The notes under the pieces: generated by a model
Seen by the model: the letters and a program-made list of their open reading frames with translations, nothing else
Told to the model about the DNA's origin: nothing
Databases searched by the model: none
Position numbers and translations under genes: made by a program
Shown here: positions 17,528-27,881 of the stretch, piece after piece
Layout of the letters: every line of letters begins with the position of its first letter
Position numbering within the stretch: the stretch's first letter is position 1
Source of the DNA: Rebecca billardiae RCC1528
Lineage: Eukaryota > Protista > Haptophyta
DNA: 64,000 nt
Assembly (NCBI GenBank): GCA_965240325.2
Contig: OZ251223.1
Span: forward strand, 2,418,001-2,482,000
Direction of reading: 5' to 3'

Positions 17528-20260
17528 ATTTGCCTCCACCATCGTCACCGGGAGAAATTCTGTACGACGCATGGGGTGGGCACTGCTCCCATCCGAAGTG
17601 AACCTCGGCAGCAAGCTGATGCAGCAGCTGTGCCCCGGTATCGGGATGCTGGCCACAAACCGGACCCACAGGGCATATACAAGACTCGCAGCAATGCCAG
17701 GGGCAGCTGCCCTCCCCTGCTTGGCACCACACGGCCTCCCTGACGCGAACGGAGAGATGCTCAGCCGGATCGAGCACTCACTGGTAAACGGTACCCAGCA
17801 CGTGTTGCTAGGTGTGCTCATGCAGCAGCCACCAAGACAGATGGTCTCCACTGCGTTCTATGCGGAGCTGTCCTCACTGCCACATAGGTCCCGCCCGGCG
17901 GTGATACTGGCAGTGAGGGATATGCTGAGGGCAGTCCTGACTGACCAGAGCTACTACAGGTACCTGGGGCACGTGCCTGCCGCCAAGCGCACTATCTGTG
18001 ATCCACCCAATCCCCGCCATCTGCCGGCACTTCCTGTACCTGGCATGCTAATGGTGGCCACTGACGGCTCATTCGATGCAGAGAACGGACAGGCTGCATG
18101 TGCCTTTTCCTTCTTCAGTGGCAACAATTACATTTACACTGCCCCTGTGCATGTGTTATTGTGTATTGCTCCAAGTTCGAGGGGCACCAGGCACCAGGCC
18201 CAGCCGAATTCATGGCCATCACCGATGCATTGGTACAGATTGACCCCACCGCCAACCTGCTGGTGTGCACTGACCTGCAGGAAATGGTAAAGGCCGCCGA
18301 AATGTGGCAAAACGACCCCTGGGACCGACGGCTGCGGCAGGGGCACCACGCGTACGCACCATACATCGCCAGGGTCATGAACCTGGTGGGCTGGCGCCGC
18401 CTGATGCATGGCAGCACCACTTCATTTGAGCATGTCAAGGCGCGCTCTGCTGACGATGCGGCCGCGCTACACCTCAGCCTCACTCACACTCAGGGGGACC
18501 AGCACTGCACCGTCAGCCAACACAGTGTGGCGGCTTTGCGCCAAGCAGGGATGAACCCCAAAACCCTGCTCAACGCCTGCAGCGATGCTGGGGCCAAGCT
18601 ATGCTGCTCTGACCCCACAACCCCCTGTGTGACTCACAAGAGAGGTGGCCACCCAAATGCGGGTTCTCATGCGCTGGTACAGCTGGCCAACGGAGAGCCA
18701 GTGGCAGGCAGAATCAAGCCCCTTGTGCATGACAGTGTGCTGTCACAAAGGGCAACGCACCTGCAAGCCACCAAGCCCAGCTGTGACTTGGTGGGTGAAT
18801 GGACTGGCGTGTGGCCAGAGGCCTCCACTGGCATCCTACGGACCTGGCAGGCCAGCACTGTGCCTGCCTACTACATACTCCACCACGGATATGAGTTCCT
18901 GCAGCCGGCTGCCCTGCGAGACCCGACGTTGTTATCTGTGCGATTCCAGTCGGGGGCTGCATTTAGCGATGCCTGCCCCCTCTGTGATCATACTCCACTG
19001 CTACATCCAGCGCCAGATACTGAACACCACCTCTTCTCCGAGTGCCCTGAGGTCGATGCCTACCGCGAGGCTGCTGCCAGAAGCATATCGCATATAATTG
19101 AGCCCTTCATGCAGGGACAGGCCGCAGCATGGAACTTGGCGCGACATGTGTGCTCTGGGGCTGCCCTCGTGGGCAGGGTGCCCAGCACACTGAAGACCAC
19201 TGTGGGGGGCAACGTGCATCTCGGCAGGAGCATGCACGTGGCCTTACTGAAGGCAGGGCTAGGCATCATGCAGGCCCGCAAGGACGTGGACTCCCAGCTG
19301 TCAAAGGCAGGGCGTCTCCTCCGACATGCCAGGGAGCTTCGGCCGCCGCCTGGGCACGACCAGGGGGGGCAGCCCCCTCCCCCACAGGCACAGGCAGGCC
19401 CAGGAGGGGCGATTGCCATGAATAATCAGTTACAGGGGCCACCTGTCATCCAGCAGCAACCCCCTGCCCAGGCTGGCCAGGGCTGGCAGGCAGGCGCGGG
19501 GCAGGCCAACCTGCACCAGCCAATAGCGCGCGGTCACCACGTGCGCCCTCAGCTACTCTTGCGGGCATGGCCCCTACAGCGTGCTCGCCCCCTCCCTATG
19601 GTGATTGCGTGGCCTCTGCAGCCTGCCACACCTCTTGTGGCATGGCCGCTCCAATATGTTACCCCACTGGCTCGCCGCGATGTGCGTCCGTCGGACAATG
19701 TGTTGACACATGGGGGCCCTGAGATTGAGGCAGATCCTGCTGCGGGCAGTCACACTGGTCACGGAGCTCACAACGGCATTACACAATCAGACACTGGACA
19801 GCAGGCCACACAGCCACCTGCTGGCTCTGCCAAGACACTGGCAGCCCCCAGGCGCAGGCTGCCTCCTCCTAGTCAAGCTCAGCAAGACAGCCCCCCGCCC
19901 AAACGACACTGCCCACCCCGCCAGGCAAATGTGCCTATCCTAACACCAACTGGCAGGCAGGCTCAGCCTGCACAGCGAAGTATGCAACCCCCTGCAAAGA
20001 GCAGCAGAAAGAGGCGCGCAAACGACTCCTCCCCAGGCGTATTAGCCATCGCCACCACTCTGCTTGCCTCCTACAGCGGCCCACGCCCTGACTTGATGCC
20101 CGATATCGCACACATGTCTGACATGACACCATCTGCCTCCATAGCAGCACGAGTGAAATACAGGCGCCTCACTGCCAGGACCAGTGGCCCAGACCCCGGC
20201 CCAGCTACTGGGCTCGCTGACAGCCCCCTCCGTCCCCTCCCCCGCGCAGGGATCGGCTAG
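17508..20260 (+). mobile_element. 5'-truncated, frameshifted non-LTR retrotransposon ORF2 remnant (RNase H + CCHC knuckle + Pro/Gln tail)
   Basis: ATDGS in one frame; PAEFMAI..AL, VCTD, FEHVKA and N...D..AK in the next frame (shift at about 18140-18190); CPLC..EHHLFSECP. GC is lower than in host genes and no RT is retained. Confidence 0.75.
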
Positions 20261-20572
20261 TGGCTGGCCCTCTGCCCACACTGGGGCACCCTAAGGGGTG
20301 CCCAGTCTGCCGACTCGGCTCAAACTCGATGATCTCGAATTGCAAGGCAGTGCACTGCTGGTACCTGGGACCACCCCACAGTGTTGGGCTTGTATGCTGT
20401 CGGCAATGGCATACCCCCGCCCCCTCTGGAGGCGGGCTGTCCACAGCGGAGTGGTGTCAAGGCACTTGGTGTATCGGTCAGTGGTTTGAGGTTGGGTGAG
20501 GGTGGTGGTTGGTTGGGGGCTGGCCAGGGTAGGGCTGGAGGCTTCGGCCGCCAGTCTGATCACCCGGAGCCC

Positions 20573-21036
20573 GTTATTGTTCTATAACCGTTCGGTTATA
20601 GGGGTATAACTGGGCCAGCCCGCCGCCATGATCGGCTGCTCCTCAATGCTGCTAACCGCTGCTGACCTGCTAGGGCGGCTGACCGGACCGTGCCTGGGCG
20701 GGCAGCAAGCTCCGGGCGTCGGGTGCGCGCCCAGCGAAGCGGTATGATTCCTGGGCGGGCTATATACGGGCAGCCGGACCCGCCTGTACCGAACCGGTAG
20801 ATTCTACCTCTGAGCGCCGCCGATGCGGGCCGCGGCAGGCCTGCTCTTCGGCAGCCGAGGCGGGGCGGGGCCTGGGCTGATAGCCCCAGCTGCTCAGCAG
20901 CACTTCGGTCCACCGACCGTACCCCGCTCGGTGGCGACTCCTCGGCTAAGGGCGGGCGCAACCCTCGTCGGCTGCGAGCGGGCCGTCGGCTTATTCCTCC
21001 TCGGGTGCGGGCGGTGGCGTCGCTACTGATTTCGCA
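20573..21036 (+). repeat. Left terminal direct repeat of element 1
   Basis: Appears identical to 25792-26255 (offset 5219); the ORF-track translations of the two copies are identical. Confidence 0.95.
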
Positions 21037-21038
21037 TC

Positions 21039-22844
21039 ATGATCTGCATTTCGGCTGCGCTCTCGCTGGGGCGCCTGGTGGCCCTCCGCGGCGGCCGCAC
21101 TCGCGAGCGACAGGGCCCGGCCACGGGTCGCGGCGGTGCTCAAGACGCTCAAGGACCCGTGCCCGCGTCGGCGGCGCCGGCGGCCCCGTCGGTGAGTACC
21201 CCGCTAGCGGCGAGTGCCGCGCTGGTCCCGCCGGCGCACCCGGTGGAGGGGATCCCGCTCAGCGCCGGCGTCGCGGCGCAGCTCACCGCGCAGCTGGCGC
21301 AGCTGTCGCCGTTGCTGGCCCAGCTCGCCGCGTTGGTCCCGGCGGGGGCGGCGGGGCTCGCCCCGGCGGCGCCGGCCCTGCTCGCCCCGACGCCTACCGT
21401 CCCGGCCGCGCTGCCCCGCCCGCCCACCTCGGTCCCAGCGGCGGCCGCGGCGGCGATGCCTCCGCCTGCCTCCTCGGATCCGCTGCTCCCCAGCCTCGCA
21501 CCCACGCTCGGAGCGGCTGCTTCTGCTGCTCCCGGGGTTTCGGTCGCGCTGGACGCGGCGGGCGCGGCGGCGGCGGCCGCGCCGTCGTCGCTGCTTGCGG
21601 GCCTCGCGGCGCACGCGCTCGCCCCCGGCCTTACCGCGCTACCGGCGGGGACGGCGGCGGCGGCGGCCGACCGCGCGCCGGGGGGCGCTGCTGGCCCTGC
21701 CTCTACCGCCGCGCTGCCCGCTCACGCCGCCGGGCTCGGGTTCTCGGCCCAGTCGGTGGCGGCGCTCATGCAGGCGATGTCGGAGCAGGCGGGGGCGTCG
21801 TCGGGGGCCGGCCCGGCGCGCCGGGTGGTCGCGGACCCGGCGCGTGACGCGCCCCGCGCGCTCGTGGTGCGCGACTCGTCTGGCCAGCTCTGCACGAGCT
21901 ACAACCTGCGCGATATGGTCCAGGCATTTCCAGGCCTGGGGGAGCGCTTCGCTCGCGAGTTCTCTCGCGGGGGGCGTCTCCTCGGCGGGGTGCAGCCGAA
22001 GGATCAGCCCTTCCAGTCCCTCGAGGCGCTGCTGGGCTGCCTCACGACGACGTTTATCCCGGCCGCCTCGCCAGATGACCCCTCCCCAGCCTCTCATTGG
22101 TCGCCGGCCATGCGGGCCGAGGCGCTCGAGTTCTCGTCGTGGCTCGAGCAGCTGCGCGGCCTGATGCCCGCCGAGTCCCTCCTCTCGGTGGTGAACAAAT
22201 CGTTCGTTGCCGCCGCGGCGGAGGAGCGGCGCTCGGGCCGCGCGTCATCGATCCTCTTCCTGCGCGACAGCGAGTCGGCCGAGGCGCGCGCGCTCAACGC
22301 CGAGCTGACGGCGGCGCAAGCGGTGTCGGCGTCGCTGCGCGCGGCCAACGCCGCGGTCGCGGCCGCTCCTATGCTGAAGCGGTCGGCGCCGGCGGGCGAT
22401 CGCGACGCGGGGGCGGCGTCGCAGCGGCCTCGCCTCGCACCCGCCGAGCTGGGTGGGGCCGGCGGCGCGGCGCTCGAAGCGGCGGGGGGCGGGGGCGGGG
22501 CGCTCCCGCCCGGCGGCGGTGGGGGCTTCGCGCCGCGCACCGCGCGGCCTGACCACTACGTCCCGCCGTCGCTGCAGAAGTTTGTGGGCGCGGGGGGCGC
22601 ACCGCTGCTCACCAAGGCGCAGGCGAACGCGGCGCACGCCTGCCAGCGCTTCCAGCTCACTGGCGAGCGCTGCACCTTCGCGTCATGCCCGATCGGCCGC
22701 GGCGGCACGGCGTTTGGCCCCGGCGAGTTCGACGAGTTCCACGCGCCGCGGTGTGCCATTTGCGCGTCGCCCGATCACCTCGCGGGGGCCCACGCGGTGG
22801 GGCTGTCCGGCGACGGCTGGCCGGCGGCGGTGGGCCGCATCTAG
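21039..22844 (+). CDS. Gag-like ORF1 with C-terminal Cys/His fingers
   Basis: 601 aa, Ala/Pro-rich; CQRFQLTGERCTFASC...H and CAICASPDHLAGAH; lies directly upstream of the RT ORF. Confidence 0.7.
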   Translation: MICISAALSLGRLVALRGGRTRERQGPATGRGGAQDAQGPVPASAAPAAPSVSTPLAASAALVPPAHPVEGIPLSAGVAAQLTAQLAQLSPLLAQLAALVPAGAAGLAPAAPALLAPTPTVPAALPRPPTSVPAAAAAAMPPPASSDPLLPSLAPTLGAAASAAPGVSVALDAAGAAAAAAPSSLLAGLAAHALAPGLTALPAGTAAAAADRAPGGAAGPASTAALPAHAAGLGFSAQSVAALMQAMSEQAGASSGAGPARRVVADPARDAPRALVVRDSSGQLCTSYNLRDMVQAFPGLGERFAREFSRGGRLLGGVQPKDQPFQSLEALLGCLTTTFIPAASPDDPSPASHWSPAMRAEALEFSSWLEQLRGLMPAESLLSVVNKSFVAAAAEERRSGRASSILFLRDSESAEARALNAELTAAQAVSASLRAANAAVAAAPMLKRSAPAGDRDAGAASQRPRLAPAELGGAGGAALEAAGGGGGALPPGGGGGFAPRTARPDHYVPPSLQKFVGAGGAPLLTKAQANAAHACQRFQLTGERCTFASCPIGRGGTAFGPGEFDEFHAPRCAICASPDHLAGAHAVGLSGDGWPAAVGRI

Positions 22845-24602
22845 GGGGCGGCGGCGGCGGCGGGTGGCGAGAACGCCGGCGTCGATGCGCTCGACCTGCC
22901 GGTGTCGTGGGCTGCCGGTGCGGCCCCTACAGTGACCTGCCCGCCGATCACAGCCGCCGAGATGTGCCAGCGCTCGCGCATGCTGGCTGGCCTCGCCGCC
23001 AGGCTGCCAGTCGCGCCGACCGCGCTCCAACTTCGTTTCCAGCAAGTGTCTGCGTTCCTGCTGGGCGGCGCGGGCGTCGACCTGTCGCGCGAGCTGCGCG
23101 ACGGCGTCGACGTGCTCTTCGCCGGCCAGCCGTCTGCCGCATTCCGTCCCAATCATCCTTCAGCGCGCGCTTTCCCCGAGTTTGTCGACGCTCGCATCGC
23201 GGAGTACGTCTCTCTCGGCGTTTTGGCTGGCCCGTTCCAGCACCGCCCCTTCCCGCGCGCGCGCATGGTCGTGTCCCCGCTGGGCTCGGTGCCCAAAGAT
23301 GGGGGCGCCGACAGGCGCCTCATCGTCGACATGACCGCCTCGGGCGTGAACCCGCGGGTGCACGCCCCTTCCTTCTCCTTCGAGCGCATCGACCGCATGC
23401 TGTCTTCCCTCACGCCTGACTCTTACGTGTTCAAGGTGGACATCGCGCGCGCGTACACGCGGATGGCCGTACGTCCGGAGGACTACAGCCTGCTCTGCGT
23501 GTTCTGGCGCGGGTTCTACTACTTCTTCACATCTCTTCCCTTCGGTCTCGCATCCTCTCCTTACTGGTTTGTGCGCCTGTCCGACGCCGTTCGCGACGCC
23601 TTCGTCGCGCGTTGGTCCGGCCTCCTCTCGTTCAGCCTCGGTTCGTACATCGACGATTTCTTCGGGTGGGGCGATCGCAAGGCCGATCTCGAGGCGGCGT
23701 TCGAGCGGCTGTGCGCCACGCTGACCGCCATGGGCCTCGACCCGGCCGACAAGCCGGGCAAGCTCGTGGCGCCCGCCAAGCGCGCCGTGGTCCTGGGCTT
23801 TGACGTCGACGTCGCCAACGATGCCGTCTCGCTGCCGGCAGAGAAGCGCGCGCGGTACGCCGCGCTCCTCTCCGAGCTGCGGGCATCGCAGCCCTCCGAG
23901 CGTGAGCTGCAGAAGCTCATTGGCTGCCTCGGCTGGGCGGCTACGATCCAGCCGTCGTGCCGGGCCTTCCTTCGCCCCTTCGTCGATCTCGCGCACACGC
24001 CGTCGGCGTTTGCGCAGGGCCGTCTCTCGACCCAGCTCGGCGCCGCGCTGCCCAGCGAGTGCGCATTCTTCGCCGCGCTCCTCGAGCGGGGTGCCGGCTG
24101 GCGGCGGCTGTTCCGCCCGGTGGGCCTGGCGGTGGGCGCGCCGGTGATTGCTACCGACGCCGCCTGGGAGGCGGCGGGCGGCGGCGCCGCCTGCTCCAAC
24201 GGCTGGGCGCTGCGTAAGGACTTGGCGTCGCTGCGCGTGTCGGGCGAGCTGAGGCACATCGCAGACATGGAGCTGTACATGCTCCTCCATGCTGCCATCG
24301 AGTGGGCGCCGTACTTGGCGGGCTGCCACGTTCGCCTTTTCACGGACAGCAAGGTGGCCCTCGGGTGGCTGCGCCGGTGGCGTGTGCCGGGCTCGGCGCT
24401 GCTCAATGGCCTCCTGCAGCGCCTCTCGCTGCTGGTGGCGGAGCACGCGATCACGCTCTGGTGCTGCCATCTACCCGGTGCTCGCAACCGCCTCGCCGAC
24501 GCCCTCAGCCGGCGCCGGGAGACGTCGGCTGACATGTGGCTCGAGCTCTGCTCGCTCGCGGCCGAGCCTCGGTTAGCGGGCGAAGCGGCGCTGGCCCTTT
24601 GA
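22845..24602 (+). CDS. DIRS/Ngaro-type reverse transcriptase + RNase H
   Basis: SPLGSVPK, RRLIVD, KVDIARAY, LPFGLASSP, YIDDF; RNase H ATDA, HIADMEL, FTDS, GARNRLADALSR. The frame is open from immediately after the gag TAG. Confidence 0.92.
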   Translation, partial: GAAAAAGGENAGVDALDLPVSWAAGAAPTVTCPPITAAEMCQRSRMLAGLAARLPVAPTALQLRFQQVSAFLLGGAGVDLSRELRDGVDVLFAGQPSAAFRPNHPSARAFPEFVDARIAEYVSLGVLAGPFQHRPFPRARMVVSPLGSVPKDGGADRRLIVDMTASGVNPRVHAPSFSFERIDRMLSSLTPDSYVFKVDIARAYTRMAVRPEDYSLLCVFWRGFYYFFTSLPFGLASSPYWFVRLSDAVRDAFVARWSGLLSFSLGSYIDDFFGWGDRKADLEAAFERLCATLTAMGLDPADKPGKLVAPAKRAVVLGFDVDVANDAVSLPAEKRARYAALLSELRASQPSERELQKLIGCLGWAATIQPSCRAFLRPFVDLAHTPSAFAQGRLSTQLGAALPSECAFFAALLERGAGWRRLFRPVGLAVGAPVIATDAAWEAAGGGAACSNGWALRKDLASLRVSGELRHIADMELYMLLHAAIEWAPYLAGCHVRLFTDSKVALGWLRRWRVPGSALLNGLLQRLSLLVAEHAITLWCCHLPGARNRLADALSRRRETSADMWLELCSLAAEPRLAGEAALAL

Positions 24603-24663
24603 CGCCGGGCGTTCTCGCCGCTCGGCGCGCAGGCTCGCCCCCGGCCATCTCCCCCTTCTTCGT

Positions 24664-25020
24664 TCAGCGATCCGCGCATCGCTTTCCTGCAATCTCATCT
24701 TCCATCAGCGATATGCACATCGCTTGCTTGCAATCTCATCTTTCAGCGATATGCACATCGCTTGCTTGCAATCTCATCTTTCAGCGATATGCACATCGCT
24801 TGCTTGCAATCTCATCTTTCAGCGATATGCACATCGCTTGCTTGCAATCTCATCTTTCAGCGATATGCACATCGCTTTCCTTGCAGTCTCACCTTTCAGC
24901 GATGTGCACATCGCTTGCTTGCAGTCTCATCTTCGGTCTGCGATGTGCACATCGCTTGCTTGCCATCCCTTATTCTCTCAGCGGTCGATATGCACATCGC
25001 GTGCTGTCGCTTCTTGCGAT
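24664..25020. repeat. 38-bp minisatellite, about 9 units, each with an 18-bp near-palindrome
   Basis: TCAGCGATATGCACATCGCTTGCTTGCAATCTCATCTT units at about 24664, 24705, 24743, 24781, 24819, 24857 and 24896, then degenerate. Confidence 0.92.
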
Positions 25021-25791
25021 CTCGTCGCTCAGCGGCAGGCGTCTTTCGTCGCTGCCTTCACCACGGCAGACCGGGCAGACCTTGCCCCGGCGCCCGTTCC
25101 TATCAAAGACCCTGCCAGCGGGCGGGCCTCCGCCCTGCGCTCTCCGCCGGGTGCGATCCGGTCGGTTTCAGCGTGGGCTTCGGGCGGCCGCTACCCTCCA
25201 AGCGCCACTCTGCGCCAGGCGGCCGAGGCCCTTCATGCTGGGCAAACAAGCCGGGAATACCCGGCGGTAATGGACAACCCCATCGTGGCCGCAGCCGCGG
25301 GGTGTGTGGCGCTCGCGGCGGCGGCGGTGGGCTCGGGCCCGAACGCGGCGGGGGTCCGAGCGTACGTCGCCTTCTTTCACTCGGGTGGCGTGGCGCCAGT
25401 GTGGCCCCCGTCTCGCGTCTCTTCCCACCCTTCCCCTCTGCGGCGGCGGCCCGGACGGCCTCGAGCCACCGGCCCCCGGGCCACCGGGCCTCCACCTCTC
25501 CGAGGTGTGGCACCCTTCTACGCGACGGTGGCCGGGAGCCGCCGCCCCTCAGCCAGTCCCCTTGCTGATCAACTGCGACCCTCGTTAGATAGCGCGGGTT
25601 GCGGGCAGAGTCGGGGCGACTGGCAAAGAGGGGGGTCGGCAGGCCCATCGCTACCTTAGCCGCGTAGCCGGAGCGTCGCGCGGAAGGAGGAATAGCAGTC
25701 GGGCGCTCCGCCGCTACTGTCACCCGGCCGCCGCCCCCGCGGCTGCCGCCGGACCGCGGGCCGAGTCCGCCGCGAGGCGGGCCTGGTCCCA

Positions 25792-26255
25792 GTTATTGTT
25801 CTATAACCGTTCGGTTATAGGGGTATAACTGGGCCAGCCCGCCGCCATGATCGGCTGCTCCTCAATGCTGCTAACCGCTGCTGACCTGCTAGGGCGGCTG
25901 ACCGGACCGTGCCTGGGCGGGCAGCAAGCTCCGGGCGTCGGGTGCGCGCCCAGCGAAGCGGTATGATTCCTGGGCGGGCTATATACGGGCAGCCGGACCC
26001 GCCTGTACCGAACCGGTAGATTCTACCTCTGAGCGCCGCCGATGCGGGCCGCGGCAGGCCTGCTCTTCGGCAGCCGAGGCGGGGCGGGGCCTGGGCTGAT
26101 AGCCCCAGCTGCTCAGCAGCACTTCGGTCCACCGACCGTACCCCGCTCGGTGGCGACTCCTCGGCTAAGGGCGGGCGCAACCCTCGTCGGCTGCGAGCGG
26201 GCCGTCGGCTTATTCCTCCTCGGGTGCGGGCGGTGGCGTCGCTACTGATTTCGCA
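25792..26255 (+). repeat. Right terminal direct repeat of element 1
   Basis: Matches 20573-21036. Confidence 0.95.
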
Positions 26256-26948
26256 CCCTGAGTTATAAAGGGGAATTTAGAAGGTATGGGGTACTAATAA
26301 GCTCAGGCAGGCGAGTGGCGACGCCCGCCAACTGTCGCCCCCATGAAGCCATTGTTGCCGATGGTAGTATCGTATTCCATCTGGATCGGATGATGGCGCA
26401 CAAGGGTGCGCGCCTGCACGGCAGCCACGCCGGACTCGCTGCGCCTCTTGGCTCGCGCCCCCACAGAGCGCCGCTAGGACTTGAACTTGGTGTGCGTGCC
26501 GCAGCCGACCGCGCCCGAGGCACCAATCTCTTTTTTGGACCATTCAACGCGGCGAGTTCGGCGCCGTCGACAGGTACGATGGTCAGAACGCCTCTATAAT
26601 GCCCACGCGGTGGTGTTCTGCGCGTCGGAGCGGCAGGGAACTGCTGCGACCCCGTCGCGGGGAATGGTCCGCACAAATTCGCGCACGTGCGGCGGACGTG
26701 CGCGTGGGCGCGCGGTGTACTGTCACGACCGGTGTTCAGCCGGCGGCATAACGATGGCGGCTGCCCTGACACTTACAATAAGAATACCGGGTCGTCGTCG
26801 GCCCTAAGGTAGTATGACGCGCGCGTACCATATAAAGTGCACTGTACATGCATCATACGGCAAATTGTGTAGTCGCGTGGAATCCGTATCCACTCCAGGA
26901 GGCAGGAGCGACCACCTATCACTGCTTACGGCCCTGAGTCACCTTATC

Positions 26949-27849
26949 TCACTTGCGGAAGAAGAAGTTGAACGGCGGGCTCGCCGTGCCCGCGGCGTCA
27001 CGCACCTCGCCGAGCTCGCGCTCGGCGGCCTCGCACCGCGCCTTGAGCTTGCGGAGCTCGCGCGCAAGCGCAGCCTTCTCGTCCTCCGCATGCGCCAGCC
27101 GCAGCTTGGTCGGCACGAGGTACTGCCGCAGCTCGAGCACCTCGTTGTACAGCTCCTCGTTGGCGAGGCTGAGCTCGGCGTTCTCTTGCGTGAGCTCATG
27201 CAGCTCGTCATCGCGCGTGGCGAGCTGCCGCTCGAGCTCGAGCACGCCCACGTCGCGCGGGCTGAGCGCCAGCGCCTGCAGCTCGGCCAGCTCGCGCGAG
27301 AGCCGCAGCGCGCACGCCGCGACCGCGTGCGCGTGCTCCTCGCGCGGTGTCGCGGCGGTGACGTGCGCCGCCTCAGCGTTTGCAACGTGCGGTGGCGCGC
27401 TGTCGCGCGCCGCCGAAGCCACGCGCAAGACCGGCGGCGGCACCGCCAGCGCGGGCCTCGGCGGCGACGTCGGCGCGTCGCGCACCGGCTCGGCCGTGGG
27501 CGCAGCCGCCGCGCTCGCAGACGCGCGCGCGCCCGCGGCGGCGAGGGCGGCGGCGCGTTGCTCGCGCGCGGCGAGCGCCGCGCGCCGCTGCAGCGCCGCG
27601 CGCCACGCCGCACGCAGCACTCGCACCGCGTGCCGCGCGCGGCCGAACGCGAGCCGCGCGCGCCGCGCGCGCCACGTCGCCTGCAGCGCGGCCGCGGCGG
27701 CGCCAAGCCGCACGCGCAGCTGTCGCTCGAGCCTCGCCAGCACGCCCGCGGCGAGGAAGACGCGGCTCGTGCCGACGAGGTAGCTGCCGCCGGCGGGCGC
27801 GGATGGCAGCCCCGCCGCGAGGCACAGGGCTTCGCACCGCGCCCGGAGC

Positions 27850-27881
<32 letters not shown>

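Larger units (their letters stand above)
20573..26255 (+). mobile_element. Ngaro/DIRS-type retroelement with terminal direct repeats, lacking a recognisable tyrosine recombinase
   Basis: 464-bp direct repeats at both ends enclose gag-like and DIRS-type RT-RNase H ORFs. Confidence 0.85.

Noticed and set aside
24664-25020. CRISPR array
   Set aside because: The sequence between palindromes is constant rather than unique spacers, there are no cas genes, and the context is a eukaryotic retroelement.
20578-26255. Conventional Ty3/Copia LTR retrotransposon
   Set aside because: Despite TG...CA ends there is no protease, integrase, clear PBS or 4-6-bp TSD, and the RT/RNase H motifs are DIRS-type.
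26256-26810. Gene or MITE between element 1 and myosin
   Set aside because: The short ORFs have no recognisable motifs and no terminal inverted repeats were found.
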